From an uncultured Gammaproteobacteria bacterium (lineage in GTDB: Bacteria > Patescibacteriota > Patescibacteriia > VMEV01 > CAZAJQ01): 64,000 bases of DNA. The translations under genes were made by a program, and so were the position numbers. The stretch covers positions 65,043 through 129,042 of the forward strand of contig CAZAJQ010000002.1 in the NCBI GenBank assembly GCA_964485795.1, given 5' to 3'. Of the stretch, positions 30,151 through 37,537 are shown piece after piece (the first letter of the stretch is position 1; each line of letters starts with the position of its first letter). The notes under the pieces were generated by a model. It was not told where the DNA came from, did not search any database, and saw only the letters and a list, made by a program, of their open reading frames with translations.

Positions 30151-31989
30151 TCACTTGGCATTGACGATCGCTTTGATTCTTCGGATTCCGGAGCCGCAGG
30201 ATTCTTCCTTGGTGATGCGAAACCCTTTCAATTCTCCCGTACGATTCACATGAGGACCGCCGCAAATCTCGACGGAAAAATCACCGACGGTATACACTTT
30301 CACTTTTTCTCCATATTTTCCCTCAAAAAGACCTATGGCACCGCGTTCCTTGGCTTCTTTCACGGTCATCTCCTCATAAGTCACCGACATATCTTTCGCG
30401 ATTTGCTCATCGACGATTTTTTCCACGGCGCGGATTTCGGCGTCCGTCATTTTTCTCTCAAAATTGAAATCAAATCGAAGGCGGTCTTTGGTGATATTGC
30501 TTCCTTTTTGATTCACATGGTTTCCCAGCACCTGTTTCAAGGCTCGATGAAGGAGATGGGTGGCGGTATGGAGTTTCGTAGTTTCGTCGCTGGCATCCGC
30601 GAGTCCGCCCTTGAACATGCCTGCTGACGCGGTTCGCGAAAGCTCCCGATGCTTCTTCATCTCCTCTTCAAAAGCCGCCCGGTCGATCGAAACGCCATTT
30701 TCCTTGGCCAATTCTTCGCTCATTTCATAGGGAAACCCATAGGTCGAGAAGAGAACAAAAGCTTCTCTTCCGGACAAACTCCCGGATTGAGCCGATTTTT
30801 CAAACATTTTCAATCCCGTGTCCAAAGTTTCACGAAATTTCCTCTCTTCGCGCTTCATTTCGTCGACGATAAATGCCTTGCGCGGTTCCAAATGCGCATA
30901 ATGGTTTGAAAAAAGTCCGATGATCGTATGCGCGATATCCGCAAGAAAATCCTCTTTCATGCCGATATGATCGCCAAACCGTATGGCTCGACGAATGAGT
31001 CGGCGAGTAAAATAGCCCTGCGCCATATTCGAAGGTACGGCACCGTCGGCGAGTATGAATACCGCGGCCTTGATATGATCGGCGATGATTTCAAAGGCGC
31101 GATATTCGTTTTCATACGATTTCCCCGAAAGTTCGGATATTCGCCTCATGATCGGCATGAAAAGCTCGGTGGTAAAGACATTGTCCTTGCCTTCATGAGC
31201 CATTGTGAGCCGCTCGAATCCTCCTCCAAAGTCGATGTTTTTGTTTTGCAATTCTTCCCAGCCATTTTCGGATTTTTTGTACTGCATAAATACCGAATTG
31301 CCGATCTCGATGAATCGTCCGCAATCGCAGTTTACATGACAGTATTTTCCGTACTTCGCATCATGTTCCTTGCCGGTATCATAAAACGTTTCGGAATCCG
31401 GCCCCCCCGGCTCCCCGACCGCATCTCCGCGCTGCCACCAATTTTTATCCACATAAGCAAATATCCTTTGATTGCCGCCAAAATGAATTTCCACTCCGGG
31501 TCCGTCTTCGCCTTTTCCGGACGTTTGGGGCCCCTCTTCGGCCTTGATGCCGTATTTCTGAAACACTTCCTTGAGAATTTCAATGGCTTGAGTATCCTTT
31601 GGTGCATCTTTGGATCCGCCGTACACGGTTTGATACAGTCGACCTGAATCGAGTTTCAACACTTCGACAAGAAATTCATACCACCATGAAAGCTGTTCTT
31701 TTTTGAAGTAATCACCCAGCGACCAATTTCCGAGCATTTCAAAAAGCGTATTATGACGATGATCGCCGACTTCCTCGATGTCTTTGGTGCGAAACGAAGG
31801 CTGGCTATTGCAAAGTCGCTTCCCTGCCGGATGTTTTTCGCCGAGCAAATAAGGAACCAGAGGAAACATCCCCGAATTCACAAAAAGCAAACTGGGATCG
31901 TTTTCAGGAATAAGTGAAGCCGCACTGATGATGGCATGGCCTTTGGATGCGAAAAAATCAAGATAGGATTTGCGAAGTTCAAAGGGGGA
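30151..31989 (-). CDS. alaS: Alanine--tRNA ligase, short form lacking the C-Ala domain
   Basis: MSPFELRKSYLDFFASKGH...LLFVNSGM...FEMLGNWSLGDYFK... (catalytic domain), then HTATHLLHRALKQVLG and CGGPHV (editing domain). The protein ends about 30 aa after the editing domain. Start set at the MSPFEL Met. The ORF-track start at 32142 adds 51 non-conserved residues. Confidence 0.9.
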   Translation of the reverse strand, partial: SPFELRKSYLDFFASKGHAIISAASLIPENDPSLLFVNSGMFPLVPYLLGEKHPAGKRLCNSQPSFRTKDIEEVGDHRHNTLFEMLGNWSLGDYFKKEQLSWWYEFLVEVLKLDSGRLYQTVYGGSKDAPKDTQAIEILKEVFQKYGIKAEEGPQTSGKGEDGPGVEIHFGGNQRIFAYVDKNWWQRGDAVGEPGGPDSETFYDTGKEHDAKYGKYCHVNCDCGRFIEIGNSVFMQYKKSENGWEELQNKNIDFGGGFERLTMAHEGKDNVFTTELFMPIMRRISELSGKSYENEYRAFEIIADHIKAAVFILADGAVPSNMAQGYFTRRLIRRAIRFGDHIGMKEDFLADIAHTIIGLFSNHYAHLEPRKAFIVDEMKREERKFRETLDTGLKMFEKSAQSGSLSGREAFVLFSTYGFPYEMSEELAKENGVSIDRAAFEEEMKKHRELSRTASAGMFKGGLADASDETTKLHTATHLLHRALKQVLGNHVNQKGSNITKDRLRFDFNFERKMTDAEIRAVEKIVDEQIAKDMSVTYEEMTVKEAKERGAIGLFEGKYGEKVKVYTVGDFSVEICGGPHVNRTGELKGFRITKEESCGSGIRRIKAIVNAK

Positions 31990-32025
31990 CATAGAAAAAA
32001 AATTAACGGCTTCACATGAAATTGT

Positions 32026-32054
32026 ACTATACAAAAAATCTCGTGGATAGACAA
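32026..32054 (-). promoter_or_regulatory. Candidate sigma70 promoter for alaS (TTGTCT, 17 nt spacer, TATAGT on minus strand)
   Basis: Reverse complement reads ttgtctatccacgagattttttgtatagt, about 35-65 nt upstream of the alaS ATG. Confidence 0.4.
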
Positions 32055-32074
32055 ATAAGCGTCGGCGGAAGGTT

Positions 32075-32135
32075 GAAAGGGAGTTGGGGGAGGTTGGGGT
32101 GGACACAGAGGTCCACGCCAACTCCACCCCAACTC
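32075..32135. repeat. GC-rich imperfect palindrome (GGTTGGGG / CCCCAAC-type arms) upstream of the alaS promoter
   Basis: gggagttgggggaggttggggtggac-acagag-gtccacgccaactccaccccaactcc. Arms about 24 nt with a few mismatches or indels. No U-run. Confidence 0.5.
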
Positions 32136-32201
32136 CACTCAAACCCCACCCAAGTCGACCTATTCCAGCGTAGCCTTCCGAGGATTTCTTTTTTTAACAA
32201 A

Positions 32202-32232
32202 AAAAAATCCCTTCATAAGAAAGGATTTTATA
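32202..32232 (-). terminator. Putative terminator of the lipoprotein gene
   Basis: Minus strand reads aaATCCTTTCttatgAAGGGATTttttttttg: imperfect stem plus a T-run. Lies 25 nt past the stop at 32255. Confidence 0.4.
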
Positions 32233-32254
32233 AAAACAAAATATATAAAAAAAT

Positions 32255-33397
32255 TTATTTAAGCACTACAAACCACCCTACTTGAACGGAAATTTGGCCG
32301 GTGGCGTCAATCAAATTTCCGGAAAGATCAAAAATTTTATATTTCGTATTCCCGCCAAAAGTCAATCTGACGGGACCGCTGGTATTGTTATAGATAACAA
32401 CACATTTTAATCTCTCAATGTACTTGACCACCGTGGGAGTGGTGGCAACATCAAAACTCATGTCGAGAAAACTGCTCCCACTTTGAACCCCGGTACCCAT
32501 ATCCAGCCCGTAGTCATGCTTTGCTGGGTTCAACCTCAAAGCATTTTCTCTCGGCCCTGCCTTGGTCAGGGACAGGAAGATTTTATTCCAACCGAGGCTA
32601 TCGAGCCATAAAACGAGACCGATAAATGAAAGTTCCAAATCGTGCTTGGCCTGATCTGTTGTTGCACCGGTTTGATCTCCCAAAATTAAATAAGAATTTA
32701 ATTTTGGAAAGCCATTCTGAACTAAGGTGGAATAAAATTGCCCGGGATTTGAGTTTTGATCGCCGGATATAATCCCTGGATCATTCCTTAACCCGGTCTC
32801 AGTATAAGGCAGCCCCACGAGATTATTGAACCCTCCCCAAGACCCCCATGTTTGAAATCCGGCATTTTTGAATTCCTGCCAGAGATCTTTCAAATTTGGA
32901 ATCACTTCGTCCATCGTGTCCATAAACACTCCTTCCTGGTAAGCGAATCCAGGACGATGATTTTGAACATAACTGACGCAATACTGCCTCACGGATGAAT
33001 CTTCCAACTTTACCCTTACGATATCGGTTGGGATGCTAGGATTGGGAACAAGCTGGGCATCACTAAAGCCGAACTTGGTCATCAAATCCGTTTTTTTCCC
33101 CTTCACCGGTAAATAGATCAAAACTGTTCCCTGACCTAGTGGACGCAAGAAATCAATTTTGGATGTGGAATCAAAGAATGACACCCAGCCATTGATAAGC
33201 AAGAATGCATCAGATAATGCTTTGGCCTCATTATAAGAAATGAGGTGACCAAAAACTTTTATCTGATAATCCGCAGGGGGGGCAGCCAAGGGAGCGGAGG
33301 TGGTTTGAGTTTTGGGCTTATAGTTTTTCACCTCAATACCACAGCCAGTAAGTAACAGAGCCATAACACCAAGAACGAGCACAGCATTCATCTTCAT
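32255..33397 (-). CDS. Hypothetical lipoprotein (signal peptide plus lipobox LLTGC)
   Basis: MKMNAVLVLGVMALLLTGCGIEV... The mature part is rich in G/N/T/Q/S with no recognisable domain. Strong SD (TTAGGAGAtttctcATG) at the MKMNAV start. Confidence 0.55.
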   Translation of the reverse strand: MKMNAVLVLGVMALLLTGCGIEVKNYKPKTQTTSAPLAAPPADYQIKVFGHLISYNEAKALSDAFLLINGWVSFFDSTSKIDFLRPLGQGTVLIYLPVKGKKTDLMTKFGFSDAQLVPNPSIPTDIVRVKLEDSSVRQYCVSYVQNHRPGFAYQEGVFMDTMDEVIPNLKDLWQEFKNAGFQTWGSWGGFNNLVGLPYTETGLRNDPGIISGDQNSNPGQFYSTLVQNGFPKLNSYLILGDQTGATTDQAKHDLELSFIGLVLWLDSLGWNKIFLSLTKAGPRENALRLNPAKHDYGLDMGTGVQSGSSFLDMSFDVATTPTVVKYIERLKCVVIYNNTSGPVRLTFGGNTKYKIFDLSGNLIDATGQISVQVGWFVVLK

Positions 33398-33745
33398 GAG
33401 AAATCTCCTAATCAAAATAAAAAAATGTACGGTATTTACCATCACACCTCTTCAACCAATTTCCGCTGAAATTCGTCAAAAAAGGTGTGATGCCAAATAT
33501 TTCTTGAATGCGTATTTTTATACTATTTTTCATATTTTGTCAAATTTTCACGCTAATGAATAACCTCTGTTTCCGCTCTCTGTGATAATGACTCTACTCC
33601 CTCCTTCTTATTTTCAAACCTCTCAAAACGTCCCAACAAAGCCGCGGAGCTATATTTTTGAATCAACCTCCTTCACTATTTCGCATCATAGTAAATATAG
33701 GCGGCTTGCATTTCCTTTATATTAGCCAATTATCCTCTAATCTAG

Positions 33746-33774
33746 TTGACATCATTAACAAAATATGATATTTT
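33746..33774 (+). promoter_or_regulatory. Sigma70-like promoter (TTGACA, 17 nt spacer, TGaTATTTT extended -10) for the 33822 gene
   Basis: ttgacatcattaacaaaatatgatatttt, followed by SD GGCGGAGGAAAG 5 nt before the ATG. Confidence 0.5.
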
Positions 33775-33821
33775 GTTTAGTTGTTGAAATTCTGATTTTA
33801 AAGTTATTTTAGCCACAAAAA

Positions 33822-35162
33822 GTGGCGGAGGAAAGATTCATGGAAAGAAAAATCTTTTTGGCAATTTTTTTTATCTTTACAATTTTTTTGGGGAATGAAG
33901 TGCTAGCGTTTGGTCAGGAAGAATTTAAAGTTTATCTCAATCCGAAATTCATCAATGACCCTGATACCATTGATAGCTGGAGATCAATGTCTGATCTCTT
34001 GATCAAAGGTATTGACAGTCTGGATCAGGCGCTCAAGCAAGATCCATACGGACGCGGCATGTGGAGACTCGCATCTTTTGGACTCTTATGGTTGCATACG
34101 GAAGGGGAATCTACTTTGATACATGAGAGAGGGCACAGAAGGCTCCATGAGAATTATCTAGGAGTTCGAAAATTCCGTCTGGAAACCAAGGATAAGACAC
34201 ACTCGGTGTCTGCCAATTATCTCACGGAATATCTGTATGGCATCGGCGCCTATGGATATGAGACGCATTTTTATACCTCATTCATAACTGCTGACCAGCT
34301 CACTGAGTTCATGCAAAGATACTCAGATAAAGTAGGAGAAAACCCAGAGAAGCACTTTCAAACTACTGGATTATATTATGGCGATGGGCTAAATCGACAA
34401 CAATATGCTTCAGAAGAGTTAGAGGGGAGGTTCCTGCAAGAAAAAGTGCATCCGCTCCATGGCGTGTCATATTTTGATAACATGCGCAGCGCGCTCTTCT
34501 ATGGAGGAATTGAAAATCAAACTTTTGGGGATCCTTATAATTATATCAAGTGGGCTCGCTATGGTGACGTCCGAACATCAATGAAAGATTTGAAGTATCA
34601 TTCTCAGATACCAAAAATTCTTCTCTCGAGAACGAGTTGGGTGGCCTCACTTGGGGTAGTAGGATGGCTTCTCATCCCAAGAACCATAGAAGAAAACTGG
34701 AAAAAAATTCTCAACCTTGGTAGCTTTCTACTGCCAAAAAAAATGGGAAGAATTTTCATGCCTGACTTTGCGACATATCTCACCTCGCAGGGGGTAACAT
34801 GGAAAACGACCGTTCCATGGAAGTCACCAGTGGGAATATGGCAACTCTCGGCAGAGACCAACGCCATCTTCAACAATGTACGGGGGAAGGCCATCAGTGA
34901 AATTTCTCTGAAATATGATTCCGCTTATTTCCGAGACATGTTCCGGTGGTCAAATAAACTCGTGCTCAATCTCAACGGGAGAGGGTTCTGGAATGAGACT
35001 GAACTGGGACTGAAATTCCCCATCGGTCTCGAAGTCGGTGTCAAGTATAGCGTTGGATACGGCTTCACATACTGGAGAGAAGTAGGCGGAAATACGGCAT
35101 ACTTCCTCAAAGAGCGTGAGGTGAATTTCAAACTCTATCTCAAATACGATCTCAGTTTCTAA
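33822..35162 (+). CDS. Secreted hypothetical protein with HExxH motif and C-terminal beta-strand-rich region ending in Phe
   Basis: N-terminal signal peptide (IFLAIFFIFTIFLGNEVLAFGQ). HERGH matches the HExxH zincin motif. The C-terminus is alternating aromatic/hydrophobic (...VGYGFTYWREVGGNTAYFLKEREVNFKLYLKYDLSF). Strong SD. Confidence 0.55.
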   Translation: MAEERFMERKIFLAIFFIFTIFLGNEVLAFGQEEFKVYLNPKFINDPDTIDSWRSMSDLLIKGIDSLDQALKQDPYGRGMWRLASFGLLWLHTEGESTLIHERGHRRLHENYLGVRKFRLETKDKTHSVSANYLTEYLYGIGAYGYETHFYTSFITADQLTEFMQRYSDKVGENPEKHFQTTGLYYGDGLNRQQYASEELEGRFLQEKVHPLHGVSYFDNMRSALFYGGIENQTFGDPYNYIKWARYGDVRTSMKDLKYHSQIPKILLSRTSWVASLGVVGWLLIPRTIEENWKKILNLGSFLLPKKMGRIFMPDFATYLTSQGVTWKTTVPWKSPVGIWQLSAETNAIFNNVRGKAISEISLKYDSAYFRDMFRWSNKLVLNLNGRGFWNETELGLKFPIGLEVGVKYSVGYGFTYWREVGGNTAYFLKEREVNFKLYLKYDLSF

Positions 35163-35192
35163 AAATTGGAAAGGAATTTGTTCATTATAAAA

Positions 35193-35230
35193 ACCTCTTT
35201 TTACAAGGAGGTTTTTGTTTTTTCATAAAA
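35193..35230 (+). terminator. Putative rho-independent terminator after the 33822-35162 gene
   Basis: aaAACCTCTTtttacaAGGAGGTTtttgtttttt. Confidence 0.4.
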
Positions 35231-35345
35231 AATAAATATCCAAGTTGACTTTTTTATATTTTTATTATTATATATTCAGTTACGGTTTAATCGTTAGTAC
35301 TTTGATATTTTTTACTTTTATGCCCATAGAGGGCAGGGAGTTGCC

Positions 35346-36152
35346 ATGAAAAATTGGATTAATTTTATTGATATTTCCTGTGAGCTGCAGGAAATTGAAA
35401 AAGGAGAGAAAATGCAAAAAGAGGGGTATGATAACATGCAGCTCAAAAATCTAGATGCTGATCCAGAGATTATAGCCATGGAAAATGAAATCAAAAAAAT
35501 TAAGAAAAAAATTGATGAAGTGAAAAAGGAAAAAGCATGTCATGAAATAGCCCTTATGGAACGTGGAGCAGCGCTTCGGATACATGGAACTGAAACCATT
35601 GAAAAAAAATTCAGCGAGTTTATGAACCGCGCCGAAAACGGGGAGCTGGGAGTCGGGCATCTCGCCTTGGTGAAGAGCATTCCACCCTATTTTGCTCGAT
35701 TGCTGTGTATCAATGGAATGGAATTCGCTTGCGTCAATTCCAGCAAAATTCTCGGCCATCACATATATCCCAGTCTGTTCAAGGATTTCAATTCAGGGAA
35801 GGTAAAGGATATCTATATAAAGGTAAAATCAATCGACCATACAGAAATCAATCTCAATGACGCAAAAGCTCTCTTTGAGCGAATCGCCATGGAAATGATT
35901 CAGCTCGGAGAAATTTTGAATCCTTTCTGTAAAATCCCCGGCTTCGAAATCCCTATCGGGGTATGCTATTTGCTCTCGGAAAAAGGCGATTCTGACCGAG
36001 TCACCTATGGAGCGAGATTAAACTCAGGGAGGTATGCACTGGTGGATAAAAAATTTGAGCTGAATTATTTTTCCATCGATCCCTATGGCAAAATCCATGT
36101 CGAGGGAATGCCAGAAGATCACGCAGACGTAGAGAAGTTCTTTAAAAAGTAA
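35346..36152 (+). CDS. Hypothetical protein with N-terminal coiled-coil (268 aa)
   Basis: Lys/Glu-rich heptad-like N-terminus (EIKKIKKKIDEVKKEKA). No signal peptide. SD AGGGAG 5 nt before the ATG. Family unknown. Confidence 0.5.
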   Translation: MKNWINFIDISCELQEIEKGEKMQKEGYDNMQLKNLDADPEIIAMENEIKKIKKKIDEVKKEKACHEIALMERGAALRIHGTETIEKKFSEFMNRAENGELGVGHLALVKSIPPYFARLLCINGMEFACVNSSKILGHHIYPSLFKDFNSGKVKDIYIKVKSIDHTEINLNDAKALFERIAMEMIQLGEILNPFCKIPGFEIPIGVCYLLSEKGDSDRVTYGARLNSGRYALVDKKFELNYFSIDPYGKIHVEGMPEDHADVEKFFKK

Positions 36153-36173
36153 TTTATTTTTTCAAAAGGATCA

Positions 36174-36210
36174 TAAAAAAACCGCGCATACAAAAACGCG
36201 GTTTTTTTTC
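36174..36210 (+). terminator. Rho-independent terminator (plus-strand gene 35346-36152)
   Basis: aaaaaaACCGCGcatacaaaaaCGCGGTtttttttc: perfect GC stem plus a T-run. Confidence 0.55.
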
Positions 36211-36221
36211 GTTTTAATGAC

Positions 36222-36256
36222 AAAAAAAGGGAGAGAAACATTTTCTCTCCCTAAAA
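36222..36256 (-). terminator. Rho-independent terminator of the Cys-rich precursor peptide gene
   Basis: Minus strand reads GGGAGAGAAAatgTTTCTCTCCCttttttt: 10-bp perfect stem, 3-nt loop and a 7-U run. Lies 6 nt after the peptide stop codon. Confidence 0.6.
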
Positions 36257-36261
36257 TTCAG

Positions 36262-36426
36262 TTATTTCCTACAATTGCAGTTGCAATTGCAAGCATTGTC
36301 TCCGCACTTTCCGGAACATTGACTCCCATTAGTTTTGGGGGTAATGCCAGATGGCTTCACTGCCGGGACAATCTTTGTAACAAGATGTTTCTCGAGCAGT
36401 ATTTTTTTCATCTGCGCAGTAGACAT
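36262..36426 (-). CDS. Cys-rich small peptide, candidate RiPP precursor (54 aa, six Cys in the C-terminal 18 residues)
   Basis: Manual translation of the minus strand: MSTAQMKKILLEKHLVTKIVPAVKPSGITPKTNGSQCSGKCGDNACNCNCNCRK*. SD GAAAGGAGG (36432-36440) sits 5 nt before the ATG. Dedicated terminator. The gene begins 73 nt downstream of a radical-SAM/SPASM gene on the same strand. Absent from the ORF track because it is under 60 aa. Confidence 0.6.
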   Translation of the reverse strand: MSTAQMKKILLEKHLVTKIVPAVKPSGITPKTNGSQCSGKCGDNACNCNCNCRK

Positions 36427-36431
36427 TGCTG

Positions 36432-36440
36432 CCTCCTTTC
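36432..36440 (-). promoter_or_regulatory. Shine-Dalgarno site (AAAGGAGG) of the precursor peptide gene
   Basis: Reverse complement of cctcctttc. 5 nt spacer to the ATG at 36426. Confidence 0.5.
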
Positions 36441-36499
36441 TGAGTAAAATATTTCAGAAACTTCTCACACTTCAGCCTTATTCGATAGGTATCACCTCC

Positions 36500-37537
36500 T
36501 TACATAGGAATAACTTCCCTAGGATCATATACAAACCATAATAAAGGACAACCGCCACCGCATTCATGATATTGTTTGCAATTCAGACAAGTTTCCGCAG
36601 GAATTCTCACGAGCATGTCATTAAACTCTCGTCTCTCAGAAGTATCCCAAAACGTTTGTAACCCTTCCGCATCACTGAAGTCTTCCCCGAGTTTACCGAG
36701 TGTAAAACCATGCATGGCGTTACAGGGGATAATCCTTCCCCGATCATCAAATATCACACCGCTCCGTTGCATAACATGACATCCGCTATAAATCTGATTC
36801 CTTTCTTTCAAAAGCTTTGAAAACTCCTGAGAAAAAAGACAGAAAGGGAGTGAAACATGTATCGAGAGCTTTTCACCAACTCTTTCATAGAGTCTCGGGT
36901 AAATCTCTTCAAATTTCTTTGCAGCGTTTTTCGGATCAATCATACACCCTTTTTCTGCCACTAAATTCGTATTAAAGGTCGTCGTGCAAAATTCCAACGA
37001 TACATGCGGAGCACCATTTTTACATGCTATATTCACCATTTCATCAAGATTCCCTATATTTAATTCGGTGATGGTAATAGATACGCTGAATCCAATGTTT
37101 GATTGCGATAAATTTTGGATTGCAGCTAGAACCTTGTGAAAATTATTCGCCTTTGTAAGACGCCTTTGCTGTTCTTCATTGCCAGCTTTCAAAGAGACAC
37201 TCACGTTTAATTTCAAACCATCAAATTTTTGAAGATATTTAGGGTCTGAAAAGCGAACACCATTACTGACCACCACAGGATAAAGATCCATATCATTGGC
37301 GCATGATATAAGCTCTGGTAGAGGTTTCCAGAGGGTTGGTTCACCACCCAAAATCTTTGGGCTCAAAATCCCCAAATCTCGAGAAATCTGCAAATATTGT
37401 TTCGCTTCATCAAACGTCATCTGAGAACTTGGAGTAAATCCTGTGGAACTCGCATAGCACCAACTGCATCGCAACTGACAAGCACGGTTAACGGTAATCC
37501 AGATACCAGAAATACCGTTATCTGTTTTCTGATCCAT
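36500..37537 (-). CDS. Radical SAM enzyme with C-terminal SPASM domain (putative peptide maturase, anSME-like architecture)
   Basis: CQLRCSWCY (CxxxCxxC) at residues 21-28. GGEPTL SAM-binding motif. C-terminal CHVMQ...IIPCNAMHG...ETCLNCKQYHECGGGCPLLW (Cx2Cx5Cx3C) is a SPASM/twitch auxiliary cluster signature. SD AAAGGAG 7 nt before the ATG. 345 aa. Confidence 0.85.
   Translation of the reverse strand: MDQKTDNGISGIWITVNRACQLRCSWCYASSTGFTPSSQMTFDEAKQYLQISRDLGILSPKILGGEPTLWKPLPELISCANDMDLYPVVVSNGVRFSDPKYLQKFDGLKLNVSVSLKAGNEEQQRRLTKANNFHKVLAAIQNLSQSNIGFSVSITITELNIGNLDEMVNIACKNGAPHVSLEFCTTTFNTNLVAEKGCMIDPKNAAKKFEEIYPRLYERVGEKLSIHVSLPFCLFSQEFSKLLKERNQIYSGCHVMQRSGVIFDDRGRIIPCNAMHGFTLGKLGEDFSDAEGLQTFWDTSERREFNDMLVRIPAETCLNCKQYHECGGGCPLLWFVYDPREVIPM

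Noticed and set aside
31990-32160. T-box riboswitch leader for alaS
   Set aside because: A GGGTGG-like motif is present, but the element lies upstream of the best promoter, not in the leader. No specifier-loop/antiterminator arrangement is discernible, and the leader is only about 30 nt.
36217-36447. 76-aa plus-strand ORF (MTKKGRETFSLPKIQLF...) from the ORF track
   Set aside because: It is antisense to the Cys-rich peptide gene. It has no SD and a non-protein-like composition. Its 5' end lies inside the peptide gene's terminator hairpin. The minus-strand ORF has a strong SD, a terminator and an operon partner.
36500-37537. Interpretation of the rSAM/SPASM enzyme as an anaerobic sulfatase-maturating enzyme (anSME)
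   Set aside because: The architecture is anSME-like, but no sulfatase gene is in the neighbourhood. The gene is tightly linked (73 nt, same strand, shared orientation, separate SD) to a Cys-rich small ORF. Peptide maturase is the more parsimonious reading, though anSME cannot be excluded without profile searches.
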